Of a stretch of DNA of 64,000 bases, positions 38,684 to 50,370 are shown piece by piece. This stretch comes from Felis catus (Eukaryota). The stretch lies in assembly GCF_018350175.1 (NCBI RefSeq), contig NC_058379.1, positions 76,694,001 to 76,758,000 on the forward strand. Direction: 5' to 3'. Position numbers and translations under genes: made by a program. The notes below the pieces were generated by a model, which ran no database searches, was not told the DNA's origin, and worked only from the letters and a program-made list of their open reading frames with translations. Each line of letters begins with the position of its first letter. Positions within the stretch are counted from its first letter, which is position 1.

Positions 38684-40528
38684 ATCGACATTGCTTTTGT
38701 AAAAATTGGAAAAGTTTTAGTTTTAGAAAATAAAAATGCCTCTTATTGGGTGAGAACCTGTGATTTGAGCCTCAGAATAGACCTTTTTACCCCAATTGTT
38801 GAAGCCATCCTCTTGTACCTTCTAGAGAATTAAAGCAATGATAAAAAAGAGCTTTAAATGATGAACTGGTTGCTCACTGGGCTGATAATTATAATGGCTG
38901 AGATTTTTAATTGCTATTTGTATCAATGAATACTTTTTATTGGTGTGTTTAGATTTTTATAGTAGCACTGCTGTTTACTGCACTTTAATGAGATTAGAAA
39001 CTTGATCTTTGTAATGGGAGGCAAAATAATGAAGCTTGTTCAGAATGGTGTTGGAGTAAGTGAAGCTCTGAGCCCAAGAGCCCGGTGATAGTGCTGCTGT
39101 TTCAGAGATCAGAAGCTGTTTCTCGCTTTATTTGGGTTTTGCAGCTGGGTTCCCACGGCTGAGGCTGTCAGAAGACTGGCTCCGAGATAATTAGTAAATT
39201 ACTAAGGAAGACACTGGCCTTCCTCTGTAGCAGCTTAGAGTTTTATTGGTGAGATGGGCTCATTAGAAAACAATTACATCAATCTAGAACTCCGTGTAAA
39301 AGCTAAGTAGTTAATCGTGTGCACAGATGACAGGTGTTGAAGGCTTCAGCAAAATAAGACCTGGACGGGCAGTAAGAGGCCAGGCCCTTCCATCCCGGAA
39401 GCCCTCGTGTCCCCGTGGTACCCGTGCTACTCGGCATGTGGTAGGAGCTTGCTAAAAATACTTGCTGAATGAGACAGCATCCGAGCTGGGCCTTCAAGCC
39501 TGGGTTCTTAACTACGTGAGGCTGGATCTAGAAACCGTAGAACCTGCCTTACATAGCACCATTCTGAGATCAAGAGATTAAATTGGGGCTCCGGAGCACA
39601 AATGATTCCCAGTCCTCAGCACTACCGACTGGGTGTAAGGTACCCGTTGATTTAATAATGAGAGGAGATGGCGGGCAAGTTCCCCTACTCCTTTCCTGTG
39701 AGACATTTGATGATTTAAGAGAGGTTAATACGTGAAGTTGCCTCAAGTCCAGCGAAGAGGGTAGTTAATGGCACCATTAGGGTTGGTCTGCAGGTGTCCC
39801 GACCCCCGGCTTACCCAGTCTGGTGATTCATGTTAGCCCTTTGACAGTGTACCCCTCACTTTTAATGGTTTTTTACTAGGCTGCCTTGACGTGCTCCGGT
39901 TCATTTGTCTCCTGCCTAGCCGAACACCAGCGTCTGCGCTTTTTGCGGGGTTAGTTTGCGGGGATACGACTCACGGGTGCTCGCATCTGTCTTTCAGCGG
40001 AATTTACTGTCTATTCAGGTCCAAGGCGGTGTGCTGGGAGCCAGAGAGCACAGAGTTTTGGGCCTCCAGGAGTTTGTCAAAAGAGGCTCATTTGAGCTCA
40101 GCATGGCCTTAGAACACGGGTCATTTACAAAGGGCGGGGGGGGGGGGGCGGGATGCGTTAATGCATGGAATTGTCCTTCTGCTTGCTTGATTTCTGATTG
40201 TTTTAAAGATACTGTCGTGTTCCATCACAGCACGGCAGCTTGTGGGACCTCGGGGGTGTGCTTGTGACGGTTACCGAGGTTTTTAAAGTAAAGTGGCCGA
40301 AAAGACAGCAAGGCCTGTGTCATGGGTGTTCTATGGGGACTGTGTTTCTTGATAAAGGGTATTTTATCTCATTTTATCTTTTTGCCAGTTGATATACATG
40401 GAAGCGTTTAGGAAAGAGCTAATAGTAATACTCGTGAGCTATCTTACACGTGTGCTCTTTTATACATGAGGGTGTACATTTGATTGGAAGATAATGTACT
40501 GAGACATACCTCTTGAATTAGTCTAGGA

Positions 40529-40986
40529 CAGGCATAACTTGTTTTATTGTACTCTGCTTTATAGATTTTTTTTTTTTTAATACAAACTGAAGGCTCGTGG
40601 CAACCCTGCGTTGAGCAAGTCTACTGGCTCCATTTTTTCCGACAGTATTTGCACACTGTGCATCCGTGTGTCACATTTTGGTCATTCTCCCAATACTTCA
40701 AACTTCCTCATTATTACATTTGTTGTGATCTGTGATGTGCGGTTGTGACTCACTGAAAGCTCGGATGATGATTAGCACTTTTTAGCAATAAAGCAATTTT
40801 AAATTAAGGTATGCACTTTTTTTTTTGAGACCTAATGCTATTGCACACGTAATAGACTCCCGTATCATATAAACATAACTTCTATACGTACTGGAAAGCC
40901 AGAAACTTCATTTGACTCCTTTATTTTGATGTGTGCTTATTGTGACGTTCTGGAACTGTACCCGAAATGTCTCCAAGGTATGCCTA
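40529..40986 (+). mobile_element. Internally deleted Tigger1 (TcMar-Tigger) non-autonomous element
   Basis: TIRs caggcataMct... and ...aggtatgcct. Both terminal regions match recalled Tigger1 (tggcaaccctgcgttgagcaagtct; gctattgcacac..aatagact). Confidence 0.85.
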
Positions 40987-42899
40987 GAGAAAATTGAAGT
41001 GAATGTCAGTCGGGTCCTTAATTTTAGAATTGTTGCAAATAACCTATTGGGCTGATGTAGGAAAAAAAGAAAAAAAAAAAAAGGAAGGACATTTTACGTA
41101 GTAAATAAAGTCCTGAAAATTCCAGTCTTCGTTTGTAACTAAAGGAGACACTTTCTTCTGTTCTGTTCCAAGCAGATGTTGCTACTATACGAAGAAAGAT
41201 GTGTCAGCTGGTCCCCAGGCCTTTGTACAGCTGTGTGTAAAACCCATATGTACGGTCTTCCCCTACTACTTGCTTAGAAATCCCTAGTATCATTTTAGAG
41301 CATATCCCAGTGACGCCACTTAAATATAAATTTCCAATTTCTGTTCCGGGGCCCTCGCTTCCTCTGGCATATTTTCCCTGAAGTTGTTACCTGCTTCTGA
41401 GAGCCTCCCGGACCTAAATCTATTCACCAGAGATTGACAAAGGCTTTGGAGGAGTGAAGTGGTTGGGAGCATTTTTTTTTTTTTTTTTTTTTTTTCAAAA
41501 CGTTACCTGCTAGGCTGCTCTTTGTGAGCCAATTTCCAGCACGTTCTGTCCTCCAGCGGCACAGAACAACTTCCCCGAACCCACCCAAGACTTGCTCGCT
41601 GGCCAGGGCCGTGCTGCCTCGTCTTTGTTACGTCCTGGGTCTACAACTGGCCTCTTTACTTGGTAGAGATGCCTGCCTCGTATTTTCCAGTTGGTTCTTG
41701 GCCGTTACCTTCGGGGAACATACCGGCTCTTTGCTTCTCTTTTCTCAGTGTTTTTCTCTTTGCTTCTCTTTCCTCTGGGAATTTCATTCTTTGTAACCAA
41801 ATGACCAGGCGTCGAGCTGGGGACAGGAGCCACAGGGAAGAGCGGAACTTTGGTCCTCCCTCTTGTGTTGAGCGGCCTGATCAGAAGTCAGTGGAAAAGA
41901 ACGAAGGCGGGGAAGAAGTTGTGGTGTGAAAGCGGGTGTGGTGTGAAAGCATGATTGTCAGTTGAGCAGCGAAACTCACTTTCAGCAAGTCAGTAAAGCA
42001 GAAATTCGGACACGCCGCTTCTTGAAGAATGGGTTGAAGATGGTGCGGGGTTCATGACTGCAGTATTCAAGAGCCACCACCAGATGGTGATGGTGGCTTC
42101 TTGGCCCCAGCGGGCCTCTGGGACTCCCCCTCCCACTGAAGGTCTCTACTTGCCTTGAAGGGTTACTTGAGCTGTTGTCAAAGAGTAGAATAATAAGCAA
42201 CTTGCGAATTCCATTTTAAGAAATCACTGCCTTTTCAAAGGAAGCATTAAGGAAAAAGACTTCTAGCTCAGTTAAGTGCCTATTTTTTCCCCCCTGCACA
42301 TTCTTGACTCTTAGAAGTGAGCACGCCAAGTGTTCTTGGCTCTGCAGTGGGATGTTGCCAAGGAATTAGGGTCAGAGACCTCTTCTAACTTGGGCTGCAA
42401 GTTGGTTTACCTCTCAGGGTTTGGGCTGAGGGGCCACATGATCTGGCTTTGACCTTTGAGTGCTAAAATGGTTTTTACATTGGTCTCCTAACCTGTTGGA
42501 GACATTGGTTAAAAGAGAACAGGAGAAACATCTTTTGCTGTTGGGTATGCATTGGATCGCTTTTTAAATGGAAGGTAGGTAAGAGGGGGTAGCTGTGGTT
42601 GACTTAGGGCCACAAGCTGTTAGAGGAGATGGGGACGTGGATGGGGCACAGGCCCATTGACTATGGACTGTGGGTTTCTCCCCCCCCCCCCCCCCCCCAG
42701 GATCTCGTTCCTCACAACAATCCGTGAAGGTGGTTTCAAGGCTCCTTTTTTTTTTTTTTTTTAAACAGATGAGGAAGCTAGAAGTGGGCAGGTCATACTT
42801 AACCCAGGGACCCCCTGCTGGTAAGGTGGTAGAGATGGAATCCAAAGCTAGAAAATACGTGCTCATTCCATCCAGAGGAGGGCAATTGATCAATTTCTT

Positions 42900-43200
42900 A
42901 AACACTAGTACCCAGAAAGATTCCTTCATTTTCTTGAATGTCCTTTCAACATCGGCATGAACATTTAGGGGGGAAAACGCCATTAGTTTTCAAGAAGGGA
43001 CGCTGTGTGCCTTAGGGTTCCTCAGGTTGCAGGGTCACCTCAGCTAGGCTAGGTGTGCGCCCTTCTTCCTGGAAATCGGCTCTTAACTTTCCCGATGGCG
43101 GTTCAGCCACACGGGCAGCGTTGGGGGCTGTGTCCTGTGCTTGGTGTCTCTTGAATCCACAAAGTTCCTCCTATAGTCATTGGTTCCGCCGCCTCAGACG
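42900..43200 (+). promoter_or_regulatory. Putative internal promoter of the alternative first exon
   Basis: Lies directly upstream of the candidate exon and is repeat-free. Contains GAS-type TTCCTGGAA at 43066-43074. TSS cannot be placed from sequence. Confidence 0.45.
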
Positions 43201-43595
43201 AGCAACTTCCTCTCTTCCCCACTTTGGAATTTGCTCCTGATTCGATCAAGGCGCAGGCAGCAGCAACAGCTTCCAGCCCAGACAGGCTTCAGCACGGCAC
43301 CAGCCGGTACAGCTCGAGGGTGTCCCGGGTGGGTGGCTCTCAGCGGGGCCCTACCTGGGCGGTCGCTGCTTGCAGAACCCTCCCCTGGAAACCTCCCCCC
43401 CCCCCCCCCCCCAACCAAACACGGCACAGTGCCTCCAGCTCCGGGCTGCTGATCACCTGTCAACGGGGAACCGGCAGAGACCAGGATTTCTCCTCGCTGC
43501 TGCTGTTGTTAGGGGAAACAGACAACCATCTGCATCTAGACCAGCCTTTCTGTCTCTCTCCCCTTTTAAAGCGAGGTCTTCCTGCTCCGAATCTG
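43180..43595 (+). other. NEDD4L: Probable alternative non-coding first exon of NEDD4L (C2-less isoforms); 5' boundary uncertain
   Basis: Perfect donor CTG|GTAAGT at 43595/43596. GC/CpG-rich, with no ATG between 43098 and 43595. The translated piece GRDQDFSS-LLLLGETD-HLHLD resembles my recollection of the 5' end of the human KIAA0439/NEDD4L cDNA. The frame that would join the next exon has stops. Confidence 0.75.
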
Positions 43596-46500
43596 GTAAG
43601 TGCCACAAAGGATTCCGTTTTCCTTGGTTCACGTCGGGAGAACGTTCTCTCCTAATGGATTTGGTAGCTTTAATCTAAATCTGCCAGGATTGGGGGAATT
43701 ATTTGATTTCTTTTTTTCCTTTCGTGTCACTTAAACGTTTTTCGCCTGCTTCAAAAATCAAAGCACATCCAGTAAAAATTTGTAAGTATGTGTTTAACCT
43801 GTGTCATCTGGCGTGAGACCTATTTTTTTTTTTTAGTGCTCTGAAAAACTATTCTAGAGATTGCTCTCCCGCACCCCCCTTTTATGAATAAATTAGTGCA
43901 TTTGTCATCACTGTGTTCCTGAAATGTCAAAAATAGACCCAGCGAAGGGATCTGTCGTGCGGAGTTCGGGAATTTGGTACAGAACTCCAGGTGAAGTGAG
44001 GCTAGATTTTTTATTTTGAAATGTTTTTTCTTTTTAGAGTTCATTGTTCCGTTTAAACACCGTGAATGCAGTTGGGTAGGCCACGGTGGGACAGGTGTAC
44101 CTGTTCATTGTTTTAGGCTCATCTCCTGCTAAACGAACGCCTCCTTTGTTTTATAACCTTTACAGGAAATGCGGGAGGATGAGTCCCATGACTCCTAAGT
44201 GGAGTTTTCCCTCGTGTTCACACGGGTTAAATGATTTTGCTCTTCTGTGGATGGGCGTTCAATCTGGAACTTTTCAGAATTGTCAATCAAGTGTCTGATA
44301 ATCCTTGCCCCCACATTTGCCAGCCTCCAGACATATAAATGGGTATTCCCTTTAAGAGAAAATAAAACTGGCACTTCCGTTCTCTTGACCCTAAGTTAGA
44401 GTACTCAGGTTAAACGTGATTAAAAACACATACAGAAATGAATCTCCGGGAATCTGTTGCGTCTCCATTTCAGGTTCATCTCGCTAGCAGGAATTAGTGT
44501 GGTTCTCCTTTTCTTCTCTTTTCTTTATACTTCGGTCACAAATAATGCTTTGTGGCCAATAGATAATTGGAGGGAAACTGACTTATGTAATACTGGAATG
44601 GAAAGGCAGGGTAGTGCTTGCTCTTTTCGGGCGAGTCCAGAACAAGAGACTCTCAGGCTGCCTCAGACCAGGGCTGGCTGCGGAGCCCGTGCTGGGCTGA
44701 GCGGTGGAGGAGGGTGTATGTGGGGGTGGGGTGGGGGTGGGGGGGCGGTAAGCCTGCCCCTGGGCAGCCGCTTGAAGCATGTCAGAAAGAACACTTGTCA
44801 GAAGCCTTCAAAACCGTGGCCGTTGGTAATGTGTGAAATTGAACTTGTGACCCTGTTTGCTTGATGGCGACTTCTTGTTTTGCTTGAGAATGGCGTGGCA
44901 TTGGGTCCCTTGGATGTGGGAGGAAAGGGAGGGCAGCTTAATGAATGAGTAGGGAAACGCGGTCCCTTTTCTGCATGGCTCGGAATTGTAGAGTCTAAAC
45001 CATCGCCTTAAAAGGAGATGTTGCCCCCCTAGAAATGGACAGTTGGAGACACAGATTCTGCAGACCTGACCTGTTGAGAATTCCTCACCTGTAGACGCCC
45101 TTGCATGTGAGGTCACGGTTACACCTCGTAAGGGATGAGGAAGAACGGAAAATAAGCTGCAGCTATGGGTGGAGAACCGCTCTGGAAGAAGAGGAGGAAG
45201 TGTGCCCCCCACCCTCGCCAAAGCCCCCCCCCCCCCCCGTTTGCTTCTGTTCCTTCTGCGCCATTGAGGTGCCCTTCTCCTGAAATGACCTAAACGCTGT
45301 GTTTGGCAACAAGAGGCTGCTACTTTCTCTAAATGCATTTTTTTCAGCTTGTGAACCCTCATTCTTTGCCAAGAGGCCCGAGCGCCTGGTTAATGATCTT
45401 TAATGTAGACGATCCTATGCCGTGATTAACATTTAGCCTGGTTAGTACCCCGCGGGTTGAACTCCCTGGTCCTCCCCTGTGATTTTCTCTCTGCCAGCCA
45501 TCTGCCCACCTGTAGAAACCGGGCACAACCAGTTCCCTATGGGTGCTCTTCCCCTCGGGGGTGGGGGAGTGAGTTGGGTGTGAGCCAGAGGAGGTGGAAC
45601 CACAGTCATGGAACCGCAGTCAGTGGAAGGGAGCGGCTGCCCAGGGCACCGCGTGGCGGACGGCTCCTGCAATCCAGAGACCCATCTGGTGAGCCCTTGC
45701 GCTGAGCCGGCTTCAGGGAGGGCTGATCACACTTGTGTGCGGGTGGTGGGGGTGTTGGGTGATCAGCATCTCCCAGCCCAGGTGCCGACTGCCTGGGTCT
45801 CTAAGCCACCTTGGCAGCCATCCGCTCCCTTCTTTCTGAGAGACTATCCATTAGGCATCGCTTCTTGAAAGAAAAAGGCATCGGGGTGGCCTTGCCCCTA
45901 CAGGGTGGGTAGAGTTAGCCGTTTTCTTCTGACCTAAATCTGTTACGGTGGTGAGTTGACATGTTCACGCTGATACCTAAAAGAGGAGAAGAAAGAGCTT
46001 CCGTAACCACAAAAATGCGGAATGTCTTTTTTTTTTAATGATTTTTTAAGAAACAGATTTTACAGCCAATTATTAAAAAAGCCAGTGGCACCGAACCTGC
46101 ATTCTCTCGGGTTTCCCTTAAGAACTTACTCGTCCTGTTGTTTATAGAAGGATTCCTCTCCGCCCCCAAATGAAGCCGAGTGACAAGTTGGAAACCTCCA
46201 GACATCAGCCTAAGGCATTTATAAGGCACATACTTTCATGAGCTCTTTCCTCTTTCCTTGGCCTTAATCTTCTTGTGGGGAATGGGGTCTGTTTTCATCG
46301 CTGGTGGCAAAAATGACTCTTGGGCGGTGCACCCGTGGTCCTCTGAGGTGGGAATGTGGTAGGTTGGGGCGGCACTCGGTGGTCACGGGGTGTCCCATTT
46401 TGGCGTCTTTCCCAGACCACCTTCTGCCTGTGCTGGGCCGATTGGCTGCCGTGTGCAGAGTCTGATGTTTCCTTTCGAATCCCAGAACGGAGAGGATTGA

Positions 46501-46760
46501 AGATGATTTCTAACCCAGATTCCTTGCTTCTGGGGAGTTATCAAGTCTGTACGTTATATTTATTTATTGTTTTAAAAGTACTGATTTCCTAACAGCTGAG
46601 GGGAGGGGAACCCGTACTTTTGCTTTTTTTGTGTGATTATGTTTTCTGATTGGTGATTTCTGAAAGGTTTCTTAAAATGTCACTTAATCCACATTGAAAT
46701 CTTATGTTACTGTTGAAACCATGTTGCATTTATTTATACATGTCACGAATTACTTTAAGG

Positions 46761-46957
46761 CAGAGGTTCTCAACCAGAGACGACTTTGCCAGCTGGGGAC
46801 ACTTGGCAATGTCTGGAGACCTTTTTGACTGTCCTTTCGTGGGGACAGGCCAGGGATACTGCTCAGCCTTTTGTAGTGTATCTATAGGGTATGGGACAGT
46901 CCTGCACCACAAAGACGTGTCCACGCAAAGCAGTGCCACGGTTGTTGAGAAACCTTG
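46761..46957. mobile_element. MER20 hAT-Charlie fossil
   Basis: cagaggttctcaacc...ggacacttggcaatgtctggagac...gttgagaaacc. Confidence 0.75.
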
Positions 46958-47656
46958 CTTTTAAAGGGATGTCCAAACTTTAAAATGCCACAGAAATGCT
47001 GAAATCTCTGTAGCTTCTCCGTAAAGGACTAAAAGCTTCTTGTTGGCTTGTTTTGCAGAAGGGCTCAATTGGGCCTGGTTGAATGAACAGATTAATGGAG
47101 CATGTGGTTTATATAACATAGCTTCAAGATAGTAAAATGTCTTTCTTTTAAGTTCGAGTTAATTGGCAAAGTGTCTTATTTTAACATCTTTTTTTTTTTT
47201 TTTTTTAAGTAGTTACTTAGTAGTTTGCTAATATCATCCACCTGAACGGAGGATTCCTGTTCATTGTCAGGCAGGAAAAAGCTCTCTGTCGGTGGCAGCT
47301 GGTGGGGAGACTTGCTTGTGGTCCTCTGAGGCCCTCTGTGGCTGATGACAGGCCAGGGTATCCTTGCTGCTAACCTCGCTGCGTTGTTGGAGACCGAAAT
47401 GAAAAGGAGTGGCGGAGTTAGAGGCGCCGAAGGCGATTTCAAGAGTCAGTTTCGTCTAGTACCTTCTCTCTTGAGATGAACTCTAGCCCAGCAAGGTTGG
47501 CTTTCCTTTTATAATCATTCTGACATGGTTTCTCCCTTCCTGCTTCGGTTCTTACAGCAGTTTTTGCCTAAGCCCTTAGTGAGTTCACTTCCAGTGAATC
47601 ACGTGCTTGTTTACCTCCACGTTGGCTGTCATCTTGCCTTGCTCTTTGAAATCTTT

Positions 47657-47863
47657 TTTTCAACGTTTATTTATTTTTGGGACAGAGAGAGACAGAGCAT
47701 GAACGGGGGAGGGGCAGAGAGAGAGGGAGACACAGAATCGGAAACAGGCTCCAGGCTCCGAGCCATCAGCCCAGAGCCTGACGCGGGGCTCGAACTCCCG
47801 GACCGCGAGATCGTGACCTGGCTGAAGTCGGACGCTTAACCGACTGCGCCACCCAGGCGCCCC
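47657..47863 (-). mobile_element. Young CAN-SINE (3' unit of a dimer)
   Basis: Near-consensus, with a very short tail abutting TSD tgaaatcttt (47647). Confidence 0.95.
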
Positions 47864-47874
47864 AAGGTCTGTTC

Positions 47875-48114
47875 TTTTTTTTTTTTTTTTTTTTTTTTAA
47901 TTTTTTTTTTTCAACGTTTATTTATTTTTGGGACAGAGAGAGACAGAGCATGAACGGGGGAGGAGCAGAGAGAGAGGGAGACACAGAATCGGAAACAGGC
48001 TCCAGGCTCTGAGCCATCAGCCCAGAGCCCGACGCGGGGCTCGAACTCCCGGACCGCGAGATCGTGACCTGGCTGAAGTCGGACGCTTAACCGACTGCGC
48101 CACCCAGGCGCCCC
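47875..48114 (-). mobile_element. Young CAN-SINE (5' unit of a dimer)
   Basis: Near-consensus, long tail, followed by TSD tgaaatcttt (48115). Confidence 0.95.
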
Positions 48115-48599
48115 TGAAATCTTTAAGATCATCTTTCTGTGCTTTCTATCTAACTCCTTCATTGGATCAAACGGACTGGAGACGGGCAACGGCTCACATA
48201 CTTTGGGTCCCTGTAGTACCCACAGAAGTATTTTGTAGGTTTCTGACCCTAGCAAGCTATTTGTGGACCTGATTGAAATGACACGTAGGCTTATTAGCAT
48301 GACCGACCCAGCCTTAGTATCGGAACCTGACTTTCAGATTGGTGTTCTCCATACCACAGCTCACTTTTCACACCTGGAAATTCACTCCCTATTTGGCAAG
48401 TTCTCTAAGACGGTGGTTACTGGAGTTATATATAGGTCAAGGTTGGTCTGTTGACGAGCCGATCTTGTTGGTGTTTCAGCCAATATTTGAATTTTTCTTG
48501 CTTTGAGAAGCGTTGTTTTAGGCTTTTATGCTTGCGTTTTTCATATTTGCTTAAATCGTCTTCCTATGGTGAATTTTAAATTGTAAGAAAAATCAAAAT

Positions 48600-48826
48600 T
48601 GCATCCGGGAACAGGAAAAGGACATTAGGGAAAAACAGGAAATCTGAATAAAGCCTGGATTTCAGTTAATGTATCAACCTCTATTCATTAATTGAGCAAA
48701 TGTATCATACTAATGTAAAATGTTAATAGTTGGGGAAACCAGATATGTGGTATATGGGATCTCTTTGTACTATCTTTAGAATAATGCTGTAAGTCTAAAC
48801 TGTTCTTAAAAAAAAAAAAACAAAAA
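48600..48826 (+). mobile_element. Old L1M 3' end
   Basis: ggaaatctgaataaagc...tgtactatcttt...gtaagtctaaac plus A tail. Confidence 0.65.
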
Positions 48827-49830
48827 CCTTACCATTTCATAAATGTTACTGTCCTCTCACCTTCCCCCCCTTGAAATAGGCTGTTGTGAAGTTGAGTTCC
48901 TCGTTCACCTTGCAGGTTTCTGCTCAGGATAGCCATGAAGTGCCTCTTTCCAGAATGCGCCCGAGTCGGCTTGAGCAATTGCAAACCATGTTATGTGATT
49001 TTAATTGCCTGCCATTGCACTGACTCATTTCTAGGTGGTATATTTAAAAGACTAGACAGAATTTTCAGGTTAAAAAGTTACATCAACAGAAAGTGTATTT
49101 GTAGGTGCCGATTGAAATATTATCGGCTGGGAATGCTACCAGCAATGCGCTAGTTGGACAATGGGACGTGTCCCTTTTTGTTGCTGGGCCTCCAAAGGCA
49201 TCCGGGTGACAGATGTCACTGTCCCAGTGCAGCCTGGTGTAATTGAATGCCTCTGAAGCTGGAATAAGGAATTGTGCTTCCAGGGTTCATAAAGGTACAA
49301 AGTATACATGTGGGTCTATTCCATTTGACAAATCACTAAAAGTGCCAAACCCATATGTATTTGGGAGGAGATGGAAATCAGCATGAATTTTTAAACTTGG
49401 ACTTGAAATTGCTGGCGGTGCTGTTAGGCCATGGCCCTCACCCCACTCCTCTGTCGGTGTGGGTACTGGGGAACAGCGTACGAAAGCACTGGACTTGGAG
49501 ATAGGATAACATGGGTTTGAACCAGTTTGAGTCAATTACCTTAGTTATAAATGTGCTAAATAGTCACGGGAAATTTTGTTGTGAACACAGAATGAGATCC
49601 TATAAAATGTATTTGAATACAGTAAAATCTTACAGATGTGGGCTATGTTATGTTGTAGTAGGGGTCAGCCCCACCCCCCGCCTGCCTGCTTGTATGTACA
49701 TTTTATATTAGGAACCTTGACGTTCACCTTGGCCTCAAGTTGGCTTTGCTGCTCATCTGTGCTCTTTCTTACATTCTTACTTGGTGTGCATGTGTGTTAA
49801 TATTAAAGGTTACCAGGAAAATTGATTTTT

Positions 49831-50012
49831 TTTTTTTTTTTTGAGGGAGAGTGTGAGCAGGGGGAGGGACAGAGGGAGAGGGAGAGAATCTTAAGCAGGC
49901 TCCAAGCCTAGTGAGGAGCCCGGTATGGGGCTCGATCTCACAACCCGTAAGATCATGACTTGAGCTGAAATCAAGAGTCAGATGCTCAACCGATTGAGCC
50001 ACCTAGGCACTT
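49831..50012 (-). mobile_element. Older CAN-SINE
   Basis: TSD ggaaaRttgattttt. Confidence 0.87.
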
Positions 50013-50142
50013 CTGGAAAGTTGATTTTTAAAAAATTATTCAAATCTATACAGAAATAGAGAAAACTGCATGATGGCAAAGAGCATAATGAAATCCTATA
50101 ACCCAACTTCAACACTTCCTAAAAGTTTGCCATTTAAAAAAA

Positions 50143-50370
50143 ATTTTTTTTTTAGTATCTGGTGGTATTTTTTTGTTTGTTTGTTTTGTTTTTGAGAGAG
50201 AGAGCATGAGCAGGGAAGGGGCAGAGAGAGAGAGGGAGACGCAGAATCCAGAGCAGGCTCCAGGTTCTGAGCTATCACACAGAGCCTGACCTAGGGCTCG
50301 AACTTAAACCGTGAGATCATGACCTGAACTGAAGTTTGGACACTTCAATGCTAATCTACCCAGGCACCCC
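50143..50370 (-). mobile_element. CAN-SINE
   Basis: Body and head. Degenerate TSD ctaaaaKtttgc. Confidence 0.85.

Noticed and set aside
44089-44655. Steroid-response-element-like half sites (gggacaggtgtacc, agaacaagagact)
   Set aside because: Wrong spacing or a poor second half-site.
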